From contig OZ250172.1 in the NCBI GenBank assembly GCA_965237905.1, positions 1,248,001 to 1,312,000 on the forward strand: a stretch of 64,000 bases of DNA, in the 5' to 3' direction. This DNA is from Nitrospinaceae bacterium. Lineage in GTDB: Bacteria > Nitrospinota > Nitrospinia > Nitrospinales > Nitrospinaceae. A program made the translations under genes and the position numbers. Of the stretch, positions 1 through 9,961 are shown piece by piece. The notes below the pieces were generated by a model. The model saw only the letters and a list, made by a program, of their open reading frames with translations. It was not told the DNA's origin and ran no database searches. The stretch's first letter is position 1, and each line of letters starts with the position of its first letter.

Positions 1-1
1 G

Positions 2-1231
2 CTGGGCATGACGGAATTTGTGCAGAAACTTAATTTTCAACGCGCGTTACAGGGCGAATTGGCCCGCACCATCAAGTCCATCGAAGCAGTGGAACAGGCG
101 CGGGTGCATCTGGCGCTCCCCAAGGAAGAATTATTTATCAAAGAAAAACAGAACGGCAAGACTTCGGTGATGGTGAAACTGCATCCCGGCCGAACGCTTT
201 CGCAAAGCCAGATACAGGGCATCGTACATCTGGTATCGAGCAGTGTCTCGGGCATCCCAGCCGGCAACGTGGTGCTCGTGGATCCCAAGGGCAACCTGCT
301 CTCGGGAAACAAGGCGATATCGAACGATGTCATGCTCAATGCATCCAACTACAAGCACAAACGTACAGTCGAAAACGAGTTGGAGCAACGCATCGCGTTG
401 ATGCTGGAAGAAGCGTTGGGCGCGGGCAAAGTGATCGCCCGGGTGAACACTGACATGAATTTCGACAAGGTGGTGCAGACCGAAGAACTTTATGATCCCG
501 ACTCGCAGGTGGTGCGCAGTGAACAAACCAGTACCGAGTCCATGATCGGCACGGCGCCGCCCAGCGGCGTTCCCGGTGTGGAATCGCTGGTACCGGGAGA
601 AGAAGGCACACCCGAACCCACCGAAGGCAAGGCCCCCACGCGTAGCAAAGAAAAAGAAACGTTGAACTTTGAAATCAATAAAGTGGTCAAACAGACGTCG
701 CAGACCACCGGAAAAATCAAACGATTGTCGGTGAGCGTATTGGTGGACGGCACCGTGACCGGGACTCCACCGCAATACCAGCCCCGCACCAAAGAGGAAA
801 TGGCAAAGTATCTCGAACTCGTGAAAACCTCGATCGGCTTCGATGAAAAACGCGGTGACCAGATACAACTTGAAAATGTGCGGTTCGACAAATCGTTGGA
901 ATTGCAACAGAAAGAAGAAATGGCGGTCGACCGCTGGATCGAGCAGGGCTACGAAGTTGCAAAATGGGTTCTGGGTGCTATATTCGTACTGTGGTTTCTT
1001 TACAAGATTTTGTTGCCTCTGGTGCGATGGGTCACCACCAGCGTTGACAGGGTTCCCGGTCAACTGGGGGCGCCGACGCCGGAGCAAATGGAAGCCATGG
1101 AAGAGGAAATGCGATTGGCCCGGCAATCCCAGGAGAACGTGGAAATCCGTAAATCGGTCGGTGACTTTGTGGATACCGATCCAAAATATGCTGCAGCCCT
1201 CGTCCGGAAATGGATGAGAGAGCGCACCTGA
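2..1231 (+). CDS. fliF: Flagellar M-ring protein, 5'-truncated by the window edge
   Basis: Motifs RALQGELARTI, ARVHLALP, VVRSEQ, IKRLSVSVLVDG and a C-terminal TM; frame is open to the window start; directly precedes fliG. Confidence 0.95.
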   Translation: MGMTEFVQKLNFQRALQGELARTIKSIEAVEQARVHLALPKEELFIKEKQNGKTSVMVKLHPGRTLSQSQIQGIVHLVSSSVSGIPAGNVVLVDPKGNLLSGNKAISNDVMLNASNYKHKRTVENELEQRIALMLEEALGAGKVIARVNTDMNFDKVVQTEELYDPDSQVVRSEQTSTESMIGTAPPSGVPGVESLVPGEEGTPEPTEGKAPTRSKEKETLNFEINKVVKQTSQTTGKIKRLSVSVLVDGTVTGTPPQYQPRTKEEMAKYLELVKTSIGFDEKRGDQIQLENVRFDKSLELQQKEEMAVDRWIEQGYEVAKWVLGAIFVLWFLYKILLPLVRWVTTSVDRVPGQLGAPTPEQMEAMEEEMRLARQSQENVEIRKSVGDFVDTDPKYAAALVRKWMRERT

Positions 1232-1247
1232 TTTAAGAAAATCAATT

Positions 1248-2261
1248 ATGGCAGAACCCAAAAAATATACCGGCCCCGAAAAGGCGGCCATTTTTTTAAT
1301 GTCTCTGGGCGAAGAAGGAGCGGCCAAAATTCTGGCCGAGATGGAAGAGCGCGAAATCCAGAGCATCGGCAACTACATGTCCACCATCGGCGAAGTGGAA
1401 ATGGCCACGATAGACGAAGTCTCCCGCGAATTCTACAAGGGCATGGCGATCGGTGGAGGTGGATTGGGTATTTCCGGTCTGGATTTTTTGAAGACCACCT
1501 TGATGCGCGCCCTCGATCCGGCCAAGGCCACGGAAATCCTGAACAACATCACCGCTCCCGGCGAAGACTTGGGCGGCGGGCTGGATACGGTCCGCATGCT
1601 CGAGCCGAAAGTGATTGCCCTCTTCCTGGCCAACGAACATCCGCAAACCGCCGCCATCGTTCTGGCGCATCTGGAAACCTCGGTGGCGGGGGCGACGCTG
1701 AGAGAAATGCCCGAGGAGTCGCGCATGGAGGTTGTTTTTCGGCTGGCCACTCTCGAACGTGTGTCGCCGCAGGTCTTGCGGGAATTGGATCAGGCGCTGC
1801 AATCCGAGTTCCGCTCCTCTGGAGCCGTGTCCGGAAGCAAAATGGGTGGCGTGGAAGCCGCCTCCCAGATCATGGGAACCATCGACCGCGCCACCGAGTC
1901 GTCCATCCTCACGGCCATGGATGAGGTGGATCCGGATCTCGCCAACGAAATTCGCAACCTCCGCTTCACCTACGAGGATATTCTGAAAATCGACGATCAC
2001 GGTGTTCAAATGATGCTCAAGGAAATCAGCCAGGAAGACCTGCTGATTTCCCTCAAAACCGCCAGCGAAGAATTGATGGAAAAAATATTCTCCAACATGT
2101 CGGAGCGGGCCTCCACCATGTTGAAGGAAGATTTGGAAGCAATGGGCCTCACCAAGGTCACCGAGGTGGAACGCTCCCAGCAGAAAATCGTCTCCGTCAT
2201 CAAACGTCTGGAAGATGAAGGCCGCATCATTGTAGGGGGAGGAGGAGAAGAACTTGTCTAA
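1248..2261 (+). CDS. fliG: Flagellar motor switch protein FliG
   Basis: GPEKAAIFLMSLG, EHPQTAAIVL, GGVEAA, NMSERA motifs; operon position. Confidence 0.97.
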   Translation: MAEPKKYTGPEKAAIFLMSLGEEGAAKILAEMEEREIQSIGNYMSTIGEVEMATIDEVSREFYKGMAIGGGGLGISGLDFLKTTLMRALDPAKATEILNNITAPGEDLGGGLDTVRMLEPKVIALFLANEHPQTAAIVLAHLETSVAGATLREMPEESRMEVVFRLATLERVSPQVLRELDQALQSEFRSSGAVSGSKMGGVEAASQIMGTIDRATESSILTAMDEVDPDLANEIRNLRFTYEDILKIDDHGVQMMLKEISQEDLLISLKTASEELMEKIFSNMSERASTMLKEDLEAMGLTKVTEVERSQQKIVSVIKRLEDEGRIIVGGGGEELV

Positions 2262-3063
2262 AGACTTCAGCAATTTTATTCCCGATCAATATTCCGAAGA
2301 CCAGACCGGCGTATCCCAGAAATTTAATCTGGATGAATATGTACTCAAGGCAAAAGCCTTGAAGTCCGAGTTCATCCATGATCTGGAGCATCAGAGGGAA
2401 ATCGATCAGTCCAATATCTTGAAAGCTAAAGAAGGCGTGAATGAACTCTTCTCCGATACCATGCAGAAAATGAAAGACGAAGCGGCGAAAATTCAGGAGG
2501 AAGCCCGGGAGCAAGGACATCAGGAAGGCCAGGAGAAAGGTTTTCAGGCAGGCGAACAGGCGGTAATGAAGCACTTCGAATCTTCTCTGGAAGCTTTAAA
2601 AATTCTCGTCGATGAATTATCGGAGATTAGGAAAAAAACCTACCCCCTGCTGGAACGCGAAATAGTGGAAATGATCACGACCCTCGCCCGGAAAGTGGTC
2701 CGCACGGAACTGAAAGATAAAGAAGGCCGTATCCGTGAAATCGTTCGCATGGCAATCGAATCCGTGCTGGACCGGGAATCGCTGATCATCAAAATCCATC
2801 CGGACGACCACAAGGAACTGGAAGACTACGGGCAGGAACTCATACAACTGTTCCATGAAATTAAAAACGTGGAGTTTGAATCCCATGCTTCCGTTCCGCG
2901 CGGACATTGCGTGGTGGAATCGAATTTCGGTACCGTTGAAGCAGGCCTGGACCACCTCGACGAGCACATCGAAAGAATTTTGCACCTGGCGCCCCCTCCC
3001 CCGTCGGCCACGGCCCGGCCGGGTGAAACCGATGAGCCTGGGGAACCGAGGCCTTCCTCCTGA
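2254..3063 (+). CDS. fliH: Flagellar assembly protein FliH
   Basis: GxxxG-type repeats (EQGHQEGQEKGFQAG), IKIHPDD, GHCVVES; lies between fliG and fliI; TTG start overlaps fliG. Confidence 0.9.
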   Translation: MSKDFSNFIPDQYSEDQTGVSQKFNLDEYVLKAKALKSEFIHDLEHQREIDQSNILKAKEGVNELFSDTMQKMKDEAAKIQEEAREQGHQEGQEKGFQAGEQAVMKHFESSLEALKILVDELSEIRKKTYPLLEREIVEMITTLARKVVRTELKDKEGRIREIVRMAIESVLDRESLIIKIHPDDHKELEDYGQELIQLFHEIKNVEFESHASVPRGHCVVESNFGTVEAGLDHLDEHIERILHLAPPPPSATARPGETDEPGEPRPSS

Positions 3064-3071
3064 GGGAAATC

Positions 3072-4400
3072 ATGAGCGAAACCATCAATTTAAAAAAATA
3101 CCAATCCTTCGTTGACAATGTTTCTTTCGTCAAAAAAAGAGGACGGGTCAACCGCGTGACGGGTTTGATCATCGAGGGCGACGGTCCCCCCGTGTCCCTG
3201 GGCAGTCTGTGCACCATCGTTTCCAATCAAAGAGACAAGAGGGTAGACGCTGAGGTGGTCGGTTTCCGCGATAATACAATATTACTGATGCCGCTGGGAG
3301 AAATGACCGGCATCGAACCGGGAAGCATCATCGAGTCGAAAGACGAATCCCCGCTAATCAACGTCGGCGACGGTTTGCTGGGACGTATTCTGGACGGCAA
3401 CGGCAATCCACTGGATGGCAAAGGCCCGATTCCTATGGGAACCGATTACCCGATTTTCGGCACCTCGGTCAACCCACTCGAAAAAGACCGGGTCCGGAAA
3501 CCATTGGACGTCGGCATACGCGCCATCAACGCCTTGCTGACCTGCGGCAAGGGCCAACGTCTCGGAATCATGGCCGGCACGGGAATCGGCAAGTCGATTT
3601 TGTTGGGCATGATCGCCCGCAACACTTCGGCGGATGTCAACGTGGTCGCACTGATCGGCGAGCGGGGACGGGAAGTTAAAGAATTTATTGAGGAGAATCT
3701 GGGCGGGGAAGGATTAAAAAAATCGGTAGTGGTGGCCGCGGCTTCGGATCAACCGCCGCTGGTACGTCTCCGGGGTGCGTTCATCGCCCACACGATCGCC
3801 GAGTATTTCCGCGACCAGGGCAAAGATGTTTTGTTGATGATGGATTCGGTAACCCGCTTCGCACTGGCGCAGAGGGAAATCGGACTATCCGTTGGCGAAC
3901 CCCCGACCACACGCGGATTCACGCCTTCGGTATTTTCCCTGCTCCCCAAGTTGATGGAACGCGCCGGCACTTCTTCCGGAAAGGGAACGATCACCGGACT
4001 CTATACCGTTCTGGTGGAAGGCGACGATTTGACCGAACCCATTTCGGATTCGGTGCGGGCCATCCTGGACGGCCATATCGTTTTGTCGCGGCGGCTGTCT
4101 TCGCACAATCATTACCCGGCTATCGACGTGCTGGAAAGCATCAGCCGGTTGATGATCGATGTGGTTTCCAAAGAGCAAATCGATCTGGCCATGCAGTTCA
4201 AAGATATCCTCGCGACCTACCGCGAAGCGGAAGACCTGATTAACATCGGCGCTTACGCGCAGGGGAGCAATCCCAAGATCGATCTGGCCATTCAAAAAAT
4301 TGAAGCGTTCAACCAGTTTTTACAGCAGGGTATCGGGGAATCCACTTCCATGCAGGACAGCATCAGCGGACTCCAAAAGGTTATGGAGGGCGGATCATGA
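3072..4400 (+). CDS. fliI: Flagellum-specific ATPase FliI
   Basis: Walker A AGTGIGKS, LIGERGREV, LLMMDSVTRFA, ILDGHIVLSR. Confidence 0.97.
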   Translation: MSETINLKKYQSFVDNVSFVKKRGRVNRVTGLIIEGDGPPVSLGSLCTIVSNQRDKRVDAEVVGFRDNTILLMPLGEMTGIEPGSIIESKDESPLINVGDGLLGRILDGNGNPLDGKGPIPMGTDYPIFGTSVNPLEKDRVRKPLDVGIRAINALLTCGKGQRLGIMAGTGIGKSILLGMIARNTSADVNVVALIGERGREVKEFIEENLGGEGLKKSVVVAAASDQPPLVRLRGAFIAHTIAEYFRDQGKDVLLMMDSVTRFALAQREIGLSVGEPPTTRGFTPSVFSLLPKLMERAGTSSGKGTITGLYTVLVEGDDLTEPISDSVRAILDGHIVLSRRLSSHNHYPAIDVLESISRLMIDVVSKEQIDLAMQFKDILATYREAEDLINIGAYAQGSNPKIDLAIQKIEAFNQFLQQGIGESTSMQDSISGLQKVMEGGS

Positions 4401-4834
4401 CCTTTCGATTTGAAACCTTGTTGAGGTTACGCAAAAATGCGGAGAATCTGGAACAAAGGAAAATGGCGGAGATGCAAAATCATCTCTACGCGCGGCAAAA
4501 CGAATTGCAGGATTTAAATTTCTCCGGCACAAAAAACAAGGAGGAACTGCAGAACCGGCTCCAGCAATCCATTCCCGGCAGGACTTTGGGTCTGTATGAT
4601 CGTTATTTTCAATCCTTGGGTATCCAATCCGGCCTTCAAGAGCAGATCATTTCAGAAACCGGCGAAAAGGTTGAGGCCAAGCGGTCGGAACTGGTTGAAG
4701 CGATGAAAAAGCGGCGTGTTCTGGAAATCCTGAAGGATCGGGACATTTTAAAGAAGAAACGCAAAGTACTTAAAGATGAAATCGCGTTTATGGACGAAAT
4801 TGCTTCGACACGATGGCAGATGAGAAACTTATGA
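4397..4834 (+). CDS. fliJ: Flagellar export chaperone FliJ
   Basis: N-terminal FRFETLLRLR, coiled coil, C-terminal MDEIA; ATGA overlap with fliI. Confidence 0.88.
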   Translation: MTFRFETLLRLRKNAENLEQRKMAEMQNHLYARQNELQDLNFSGTKNKEELQNRLQQSIPGRTLGLYDRYFQSLGIQSGLQEQIISETGEKVEAKRSELVEAMKKRRVLEILKDRDILKKKRKVLKDEIAFMDEIASTRWQMRNL

Positions 4835-5394
4835 AATATTTTTCCTTTAAACTCATTACCGGTCTCACCTGCGCGTGCGCCCTGCTGGCAGGATCGTGGA
4901 CCTATGCGCAGAATGCTCAAACCGCACCGGAGCCAACGCCGCAAGCGCAAACGGAACCTCCGCAACTACCGACCCAGCCCGCTTCCGTTTCTCCGGAGAC
5001 GTTACGGCTTCTGGAAATGATCGAGCGTAAAAACCGGGAATTGAAAAAACGGGAAGAGGAATTACTCCTTAAAGAAAAAAATCTCGAAGCACTTGAGAAA
5101 AAGGTTCTTTCAGATCTTCAAAAAATCGAGGAGGCCCTGGCGCGCAGTGAGGAAATGGTAGGCATTAGAAAGGACCTTATCGAGAAAAACGTGAAGGCTC
5201 TGGTCAAGGCCTACTCCAACATGAAACCGGTGCAAGCCGCGGCGTTACTGGAACGCATGGACGAAGGCACCGCCATTATCATCATTTCGCGCATGAAAAG
5301 CCGGGTGGCGGGAAAAGTGCTGGGGGCCATGAATACGAGGATCGCCAAAAACATCAGCGAGAAAATCGCCGGCAAAAAAAGCGATCAAAATTAA
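4831..5394 (+). CDS. MotE/MgtE-N-like flagellar protein with signal peptide
   Basis: Signal peptide, coiled coil, then LVKAYSNMKPVQAAALL...MKSRVAGKVLGAM typical of the MotE/YlxF family after fliJ. Start set at ATG 4831 (ATGA overlap with fliJ). Confidence 0.75.
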   Translation: MKYFSFKLITGLTCACALLAGSWTYAQNAQTAPEPTPQAQTEPPQLPTQPASVSPETLRLLEMIERKNRELKKREEELLLKEKNLEALEKKVLSDLQKIEEALARSEEMVGIRKDLIEKNVKALVKAYSNMKPVQAAALLERMDEGTAIIIISRMKSRVAGKVLGAMNTRIAKNISEKIAGKKSDQN

Positions 5395-5426
5395 AACGCT
5401 TCGCTTCCCCGATGGGTCCACCTCAA

Positions 5427-6062
5427 TCATACAAACTCTTCCGGTGAATCCATGCCGGGCACGACCATTCCAAACGACATAAGATACTTGATCCCTTCTT
5501 CCCGCGTCATTTTCAACGGAATGATCTGGTCGCGCGGCAGGATCAGCATGAAACCGAGCGTCACGTTGGGAAGAAGAGGAAGAAACACGTTGACCATATC
5601 CTCACCCGTCCGGCTACTCACCTCCCCGTGCTCATCGCAGGACACCAGGCCGATCATCCGTGAAGACGGATGCGGATAATGCACCAAAACCATTTGCTCA
5701 AAGGGAGACTTGCCGGGCCGGGAAATAGCAACAACCACTTTCTGGATGGTCATGTAAATCCCCCGAACAAACGGAACCTGGTGCATTAGATAATCCCAGG
5801 CGCGTACCAATTGCTTCCCGAAAAAATTGGCGGTCACCAGGCCTACTACAAAAATAAAAAAACAAATCAACAGGAAGCCCAGTCCTGGAAGATGGAAGTC
5901 CGCAGGCAGGGGAATTTGCAAGCGGAGAATGACCCAGGTCACCACCGGCGCCATGAGCGCATCCAGTTTGCCGATGACAAACGCCATGACGATATAGGTC
6001 AGGGCAATGGGGATGATCACCAGCAGTCCCGCAATCATACTCTGCTTTATAAAATTCTTCAC
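5427..6062 (-). CDS. DUF502 family membrane protein
   Basis: AGLLVIIPIALT, PGLG, VPFVRGIY, VFLP..PN.TLGF pattern; start moved to GTG 6062. Confidence 0.8.
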   Translation of the reverse strand: MKNFIKQSMIAGLLVIIPIALTYIVMAFVIGKLDALMAPVVTWVILRLQIPLPADFHLPGLGFLLICFFIFVVGLVTANFFGKQLVRAWDYLMHQVPFVRGIYMTIQKVVVAISRPGKSPFEQMVLVHYPHPSSRMIGLVSCDEHGEVSSRTGEDMVNVFLPLLPNVTLGFMLILPRDQIIPLKMTREEGIKYLMSFGMVVPGMDSPEEFV

Positions 6063-6238
6063 AGTACTCTCGGCAATAAAGAAAACGATTGAATACCCAA
6101 CGGCAACCCGTCCGGGTGGATGGCCGAAGTATCCTGGCAATTCAGTATATTTTAAGCGAAGGCAGGAGTTCTGTCAAAACCAGTGTGCCGCTGGGCGGCA
6201 AAAGGTGACAAAGTGAGGTAAGGTCGTGGGAGGTCGGG

Positions 6239-7372
6239 CTACGCCATTTCACACAGCTTGTCAGGAGAGGAAATCACCGTGGAACTCGGTACATTTTTTT
6301 TCGGGGATTTCTCGGTCGGCTGAGGATACCGGAATACCTTGCCTTCAAAGTTTCGAACCATGATTTCGCGATCGTTATACTCCACCACCGTATCGGGCAA
6401 TAGCCGGACCTTACCACCGCCGCCCGGGGTATCGATCACAAAATAAGGCACACCCATGCCGGAAGTGTGACCCTGCAATCCACGGATGATCTCAAGTCCC
6501 TTTTCAATTCTAGTCCGAAAATGGTCCGTCCCCACCGTCATATCCGCCTGGTACAGGTAATACGGCTTGATGCGAATCTTGAGCAGTTTGTGCACCAGCT
6601 CCTTCATGATCTCCACGTCGTCATTCACCCCTTTGAGCAGAACCGTCTGACTGCCCAGCGGAATACCGGCGTCGGCCATTCGGTTGCAGGCCAGTTCCAC
6701 CTCCGGCGTGATTTCAGCAGGATGATTGAAATGCAGGTTGGCGTAAAGCGGATGAAATTTTTTCAGCATCTCACACAAAGCGGGGGTGACGCGTTCCGGC
6801 AACGTGCCGGGAACACGGGTCCCGATACGGATAATTTCCAGATGCGGTATCTCCCGGAGCGCCCCCAGGATGCGTTCCAACTCCTTGTCGGGCACCAGCA
6901 GAGGATCGCCGCCGGACATGATCACGTCGCGTATCTCCGGATGCTGTGCAATATATTCGATGCCCTGGCGCAAGGTTTCGCGGGTGACGATCCCCGGAAA
7001 ACCGATTTTGCGTTTGCGGGTGCAAAACCGGCAAATGACCGGACACTGATTGTTCAGCATCAACAACACGCGGTCGGGATAGCGGTGGACCAGTTCGGGA
7101 ACGGGCATGTCCTCTTCTTCATTGAGAGGATCGGTATCCAAAGATTCTTCAGCGCTTAAAAAATCATCCAGCTCTTCGGCAGTGGGCACCACCTGCTTCC
7201 ACAAAGGATCGTTCTCTTCCTTGATCTGATTCAGAAAATAAGAATTAATCCGAATCGGGAAAATCTCCGAAACCTTCTGGAGCTTTTCCATGTATTCTTT
7301 GGATCCGGATACAAAGGGCAGGTCTTCCACTTTTACGACACTATCGCTCAGTTGTTTTTGCCAGCGCTCCAT
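6239..7372 (-). CDS. KamA-family radical SAM/PLP 2,3-aminomutase (lysine-type substrate residues)
   Basis: LVHRYPDRVL, CPVICRFC, SGGDPL, RIGTR, HFNHP, QTVLLKGVND, PYYLYQAD, VIDTPGGGGK. Confidence 0.92.
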   Translation of the reverse strand: MERWQKQLSDSVVKVEDLPFVSGSKEYMEKLQKVSEIFPIRINSYFLNQIKEENDPLWKQVVPTAEELDDFLSAEESLDTDPLNEEEDMPVPELVHRYPDRVLLMLNNQCPVICRFCTRKRKIGFPGIVTRETLRQGIEYIAQHPEIRDVIMSGGDPLLVPDKELERILGALREIPHLEIIRIGTRVPGTLPERVTPALCEMLKKFHPLYANLHFNHPAEITPEVELACNRMADAGIPLGSQTVLLKGVNDDVEIMKELVHKLLKIRIKPYYLYQADMTVGTDHFRTRIEKGLEIIRGLQGHTSGMGVPYFVIDTPGGGGKVRLLPDTVVEYNDREIMVRNFEGKVFRYPQPTEKSPKKNVPSSTVISSPDKLCEMA

Positions 7373-7392
7373 ATTGAACCTTTATATGTAAA

Positions 7393-7632
7393 TTAGGATG
7401 AGATGGAATAGGTCTTTTTGAGATGGTCAATGATGTCATACTCGTCGTCGAGCACCACGTCGCCATCGACCAGGACCGGGACAGTGGTTTGACCGGATAC
7501 TTCGTGGACTTCTTTCCTTAAATGGTGAGGCCAGGGGACGTCGATTTTTTCATACTCGATTTTAAGGTTCGCCAAAACTTCCCGCACCATGGCGCAATAA
7601 CCGCATCCGTCAATATTATAAAGTTTCATCAT
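7393..7632 (-). CDS. Glutaredoxin / GST-N-like protein
   Basis: CGYC active site, SGQTTVPVLVDG cis-Pro motif; 79 aa. Confidence 0.88.
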   Translation of the reverse strand: MMKLYNIDGCGYCAMVREVLANLKIEYEKIDVPWPHHLRKEVHEVSGQTTVPVLVDGDVVLDDEYDIIDHLKKTYSISS

Positions 7633-7635
7633 CGT

Positions 7636-9051
7636 TTAAGCTTGGCTCTCCAGCCCGGTCGCACAAGGCACCATGACTGCATCCACCATTCCATGAATTT
7701 TCTTTTTGTCGTGCGGGCACAGGGTAGCCAGAATACCTCCCAGCCGCGCCTGATTCTCCACCACAAAATAATAGGGCGTCAACCGCGCCCGACTCTCCAT
7801 GGTATCCATGGATTGCGTTTTTGAATTCCAGAAAGCGGCTTCGATCCGCTTGCCTTTGTGAAATTCCTGTAAAACATAGGGCTGATACGGAAACTCCGCG
7901 AGCGCCCGATCCAGGGTCTTGCCCCAATCCTCACTCGACACGTCATGCCCCATCACCACCCCCCGGCTCCCCCACGCTTCCGGAGAAAATCCCGAGGGCT
8001 TGATCACCAATTCCCGCTCTTTCTGAGTCAGGGAATACAGGTCCTGCCATTCATTGATAGGATTCCCTTTGATCCTCAAATTGGGAATCACCGCATGGGG
8101 GGGCAACGGACGGTTGTCCAACACCCATGTGTTTGGAATTAGATGAGCCAAGAGCGCAAAGGTTTCAACTCCCAGCGCTTTTTCCCACCAGGAAATGAGC
8201 GCCGGATGGTGCAACAGGGCAAAACTCAGCTTTTCTTCCAGATGCGGCTTGTAGGGCGGGGTAGTCCGAACGCGGCCCTTTTTATTGCTGAACATCAATA
8301 ATTCCACTTTGGGAATGTTTTTCAGATCAAACAACTCATAAAACCGGTACAGCACCTCGATGGGCACCTCCCGTCCCGCATCCATGACAAACAATCCCTC
8401 TTCCTTGAACAGAATCTCGCGCGGATGCACCACATAAACGGGTAAACCCCTCTTTTTCAGAATGTCTCCCAGGAAAACCATTTCGCTCCAGTAATCCCGA
8501 GCCTCATCGGAAACAACAATGGCGGTGGCACACTCTTTCTCTCCGGCGACGGATTCGACCATTTGATAAAACAGCGAAGGAATGCCGCCCTCCGCCGATC
8601 CGATAATTTTCCGGTCGTCCCGGGCATAGAGGTTCATCAATTGCGAAGTGAGTCCGAAGCCCCCGGGCACCGCATCCAGTTCCGTCACAGCAAATCCATC
8701 TTCCTTGACAATCACATCAGGTCGAATGATGCCCGGAAGCTGGGATTTGAACCGCTTCATGCGGCTGTATTCCACCAACTCAGCGGGCTTGCCCCGGTCC
8801 ATGTAGTCGGCCACCCAGGCAGGCACCCTGCCCTTCACACTGTCGAAATACAATTGATTGAGCGCGGAATAAAATTTCAAAAGATGCTGGCCGAGGTCCT
8901 GAAAAAAAGCCGCATCATTGGGAGACAGGTGAAACGGATCGGGAGAAATGCGCCAGGTGTTGTCGCCGTCGTCCGCCTGTGGGGAATACAGGCCGGACTC
9001 CATCAATGAGTTCTGAATATCGGCGCAAATGTGATCGGGGCTGGCAATCAT
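7636..9051 (-). CDS. Circularly permuted ATP-grasp (glutathionylspermidine-synthase-like) amide ligase
   Basis: IRPD...GFAVTELDAVPGG, VLYRFYE, LVIKP...WGSRGV, YVLQEF motifs in the order expected for a permuted ATP-grasp. Confidence 0.7.
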   Translation of the reverse strand: MIASPDHICADIQNSLMESGLYSPQADDGDNTWRISPDPFHLSPNDAAFFQDLGQHLLKFYSALNQLYFDSVKGRVPAWVADYMDRGKPAELVEYSRMKRFKSQLPGIIRPDVIVKEDGFAVTELDAVPGGFGLTSQLMNLYARDDRKIIGSAEGGIPSLFYQMVESVAGEKECATAIVVSDEARDYWSEMVFLGDILKKRGLPVYVVHPREILFKEEGLFVMDAGREVPIEVLYRFYELFDLKNIPKVELLMFSNKKGRVRTTPPYKPHLEEKLSFALLHHPALISWWEKALGVETFALLAHLIPNTWVLDNRPLPPHAVIPNLRIKGNPINEWQDLYSLTQKERELVIKPSGFSPEAWGSRGVVMGHDVSSEDWGKTLDRALAEFPYQPYVLQEFHKGKRIEAAFWNSKTQSMDTMESRARLTPYYFVVENQARLGGILATLCPHDKKKIHGMVDAVMVPCATGLESQA

Positions 9052-9217
9052 AGTTTCAGGTTAACATGAATGAGTCAACGAGTCAGGGGAAACGGGTCTG
9101 TCCTGTCTTATAAGGATGCAGGCTTCGCTATAAAGTTGCAGAAAACGACAACCCTCTTTGCTCACAACACCACTAGCTCCCTCGGGGATAAAACCTTTCA
9201 TGTGCCGTATCAAACAA

Positions 9218-9226
9218 TGCTATAAT
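9218..9226 (+). promoter_or_regulatory. Extended -10 promoter (TGcTATAAT)
   Basis: Consensus TGnTATAAT about 30 nt upstream of GTG 9257. Confidence 0.5.
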
Positions 9227-9256
9227 CCGAGGCATTATAACGTAATTGAGGCCCTC

Positions 9257-9946
9257 GTGAAAAATCCTGACCGGCCCCCGACATCTCTGAAAACCATCGC
9301 GCTGTTCCCCCTGCCCAATTCCATTTTTTATCCCGGCACCGTTCTGCCGCTCCATATTTTTGAGGACCGCTACCGGCAAATGGTGGGCGACGCCATCGAC
9401 TCCGGCCAATGGATCGGCATGGTGCTCCTGCAACCGGGATATGAAGAAGAATACGAAGGATCGCCGGACATCAACCCCGTCGGCTGTGCCGGAAGCCTCG
9501 AACAATGGAACAAACACGACGATGGCAAATACGATATCGTCCTGCGCGGGCAAAGCCGGTTCCGCATCGTCCGCGAAGTGGGGGACACCCTCTACCGCCA
9601 GGCCGAAGTCGAATTGCTAAACAACGTCAGCGATCAACCCATCGACCCTACCGCCGACTTGTACAAACAATTGATCGGGAAATTCCACGCCTTCACCAGT
9701 CAACTGCCGCTCGACAACGCGCAGAAAGTGGAAATGGACATGCAGGATTGTAAAACATTGGGAGAGGCAGTCGACCGCGTCGCCTACTTTTTCGATCAGC
9801 CCTTGAACGACCGGCAACATTTCCTGGAAGAACGGGACGTGATCAAACGCTGCCAGCAAGTCCACGAACTGATCGACCTCAAACAACGCATCGTCCAGCA
9901 GTCCTCCATCTTCTCCAAAAAAGGCATCGACTCCCGTCTCAATTAA
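9257..9946 (+). CDS. Stand-alone Lon protease N-terminal (substrate-binding) domain protein
   Basis: IALFPLP..IFYPGTVLPLHIFEDRYRQMV and G..RFRI motifs; no AAA or protease domain. Start set at GTG 9257. Confidence 0.85.
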   Translation: MKNPDRPPTSLKTIALFPLPNSIFYPGTVLPLHIFEDRYRQMVGDAIDSGQWIGMVLLQPGYEEEYEGSPDINPVGCAGSLEQWNKHDDGKYDIVLRGQSRFRIVREVGDTLYRQAEVELLNNVSDQPIDPTADLYKQLIGKFHAFTSQLPLDNAQKVEMDMQDCKTLGEAVDRVAYFFDQPLNDRQHFLEERDVIKRCQQVHELIDLKQRIVQQSSIFSKKGIDSRLN

Positions 9947-9961
9947 CCGGCGTGCAGTAGA

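Noticed and set aside
131..2273. Long minus-strand ORFs opposite fliF/fliG
   Set aside because: Antisense shadows of well-supported flagellar genes.
6239..7372. Naming the aminomutase epmB, ablA or eam
   Set aside because: No efp/epmA or ablB neighbour, and the substrate residues do not fit glutamate aminomutase; left at family level.
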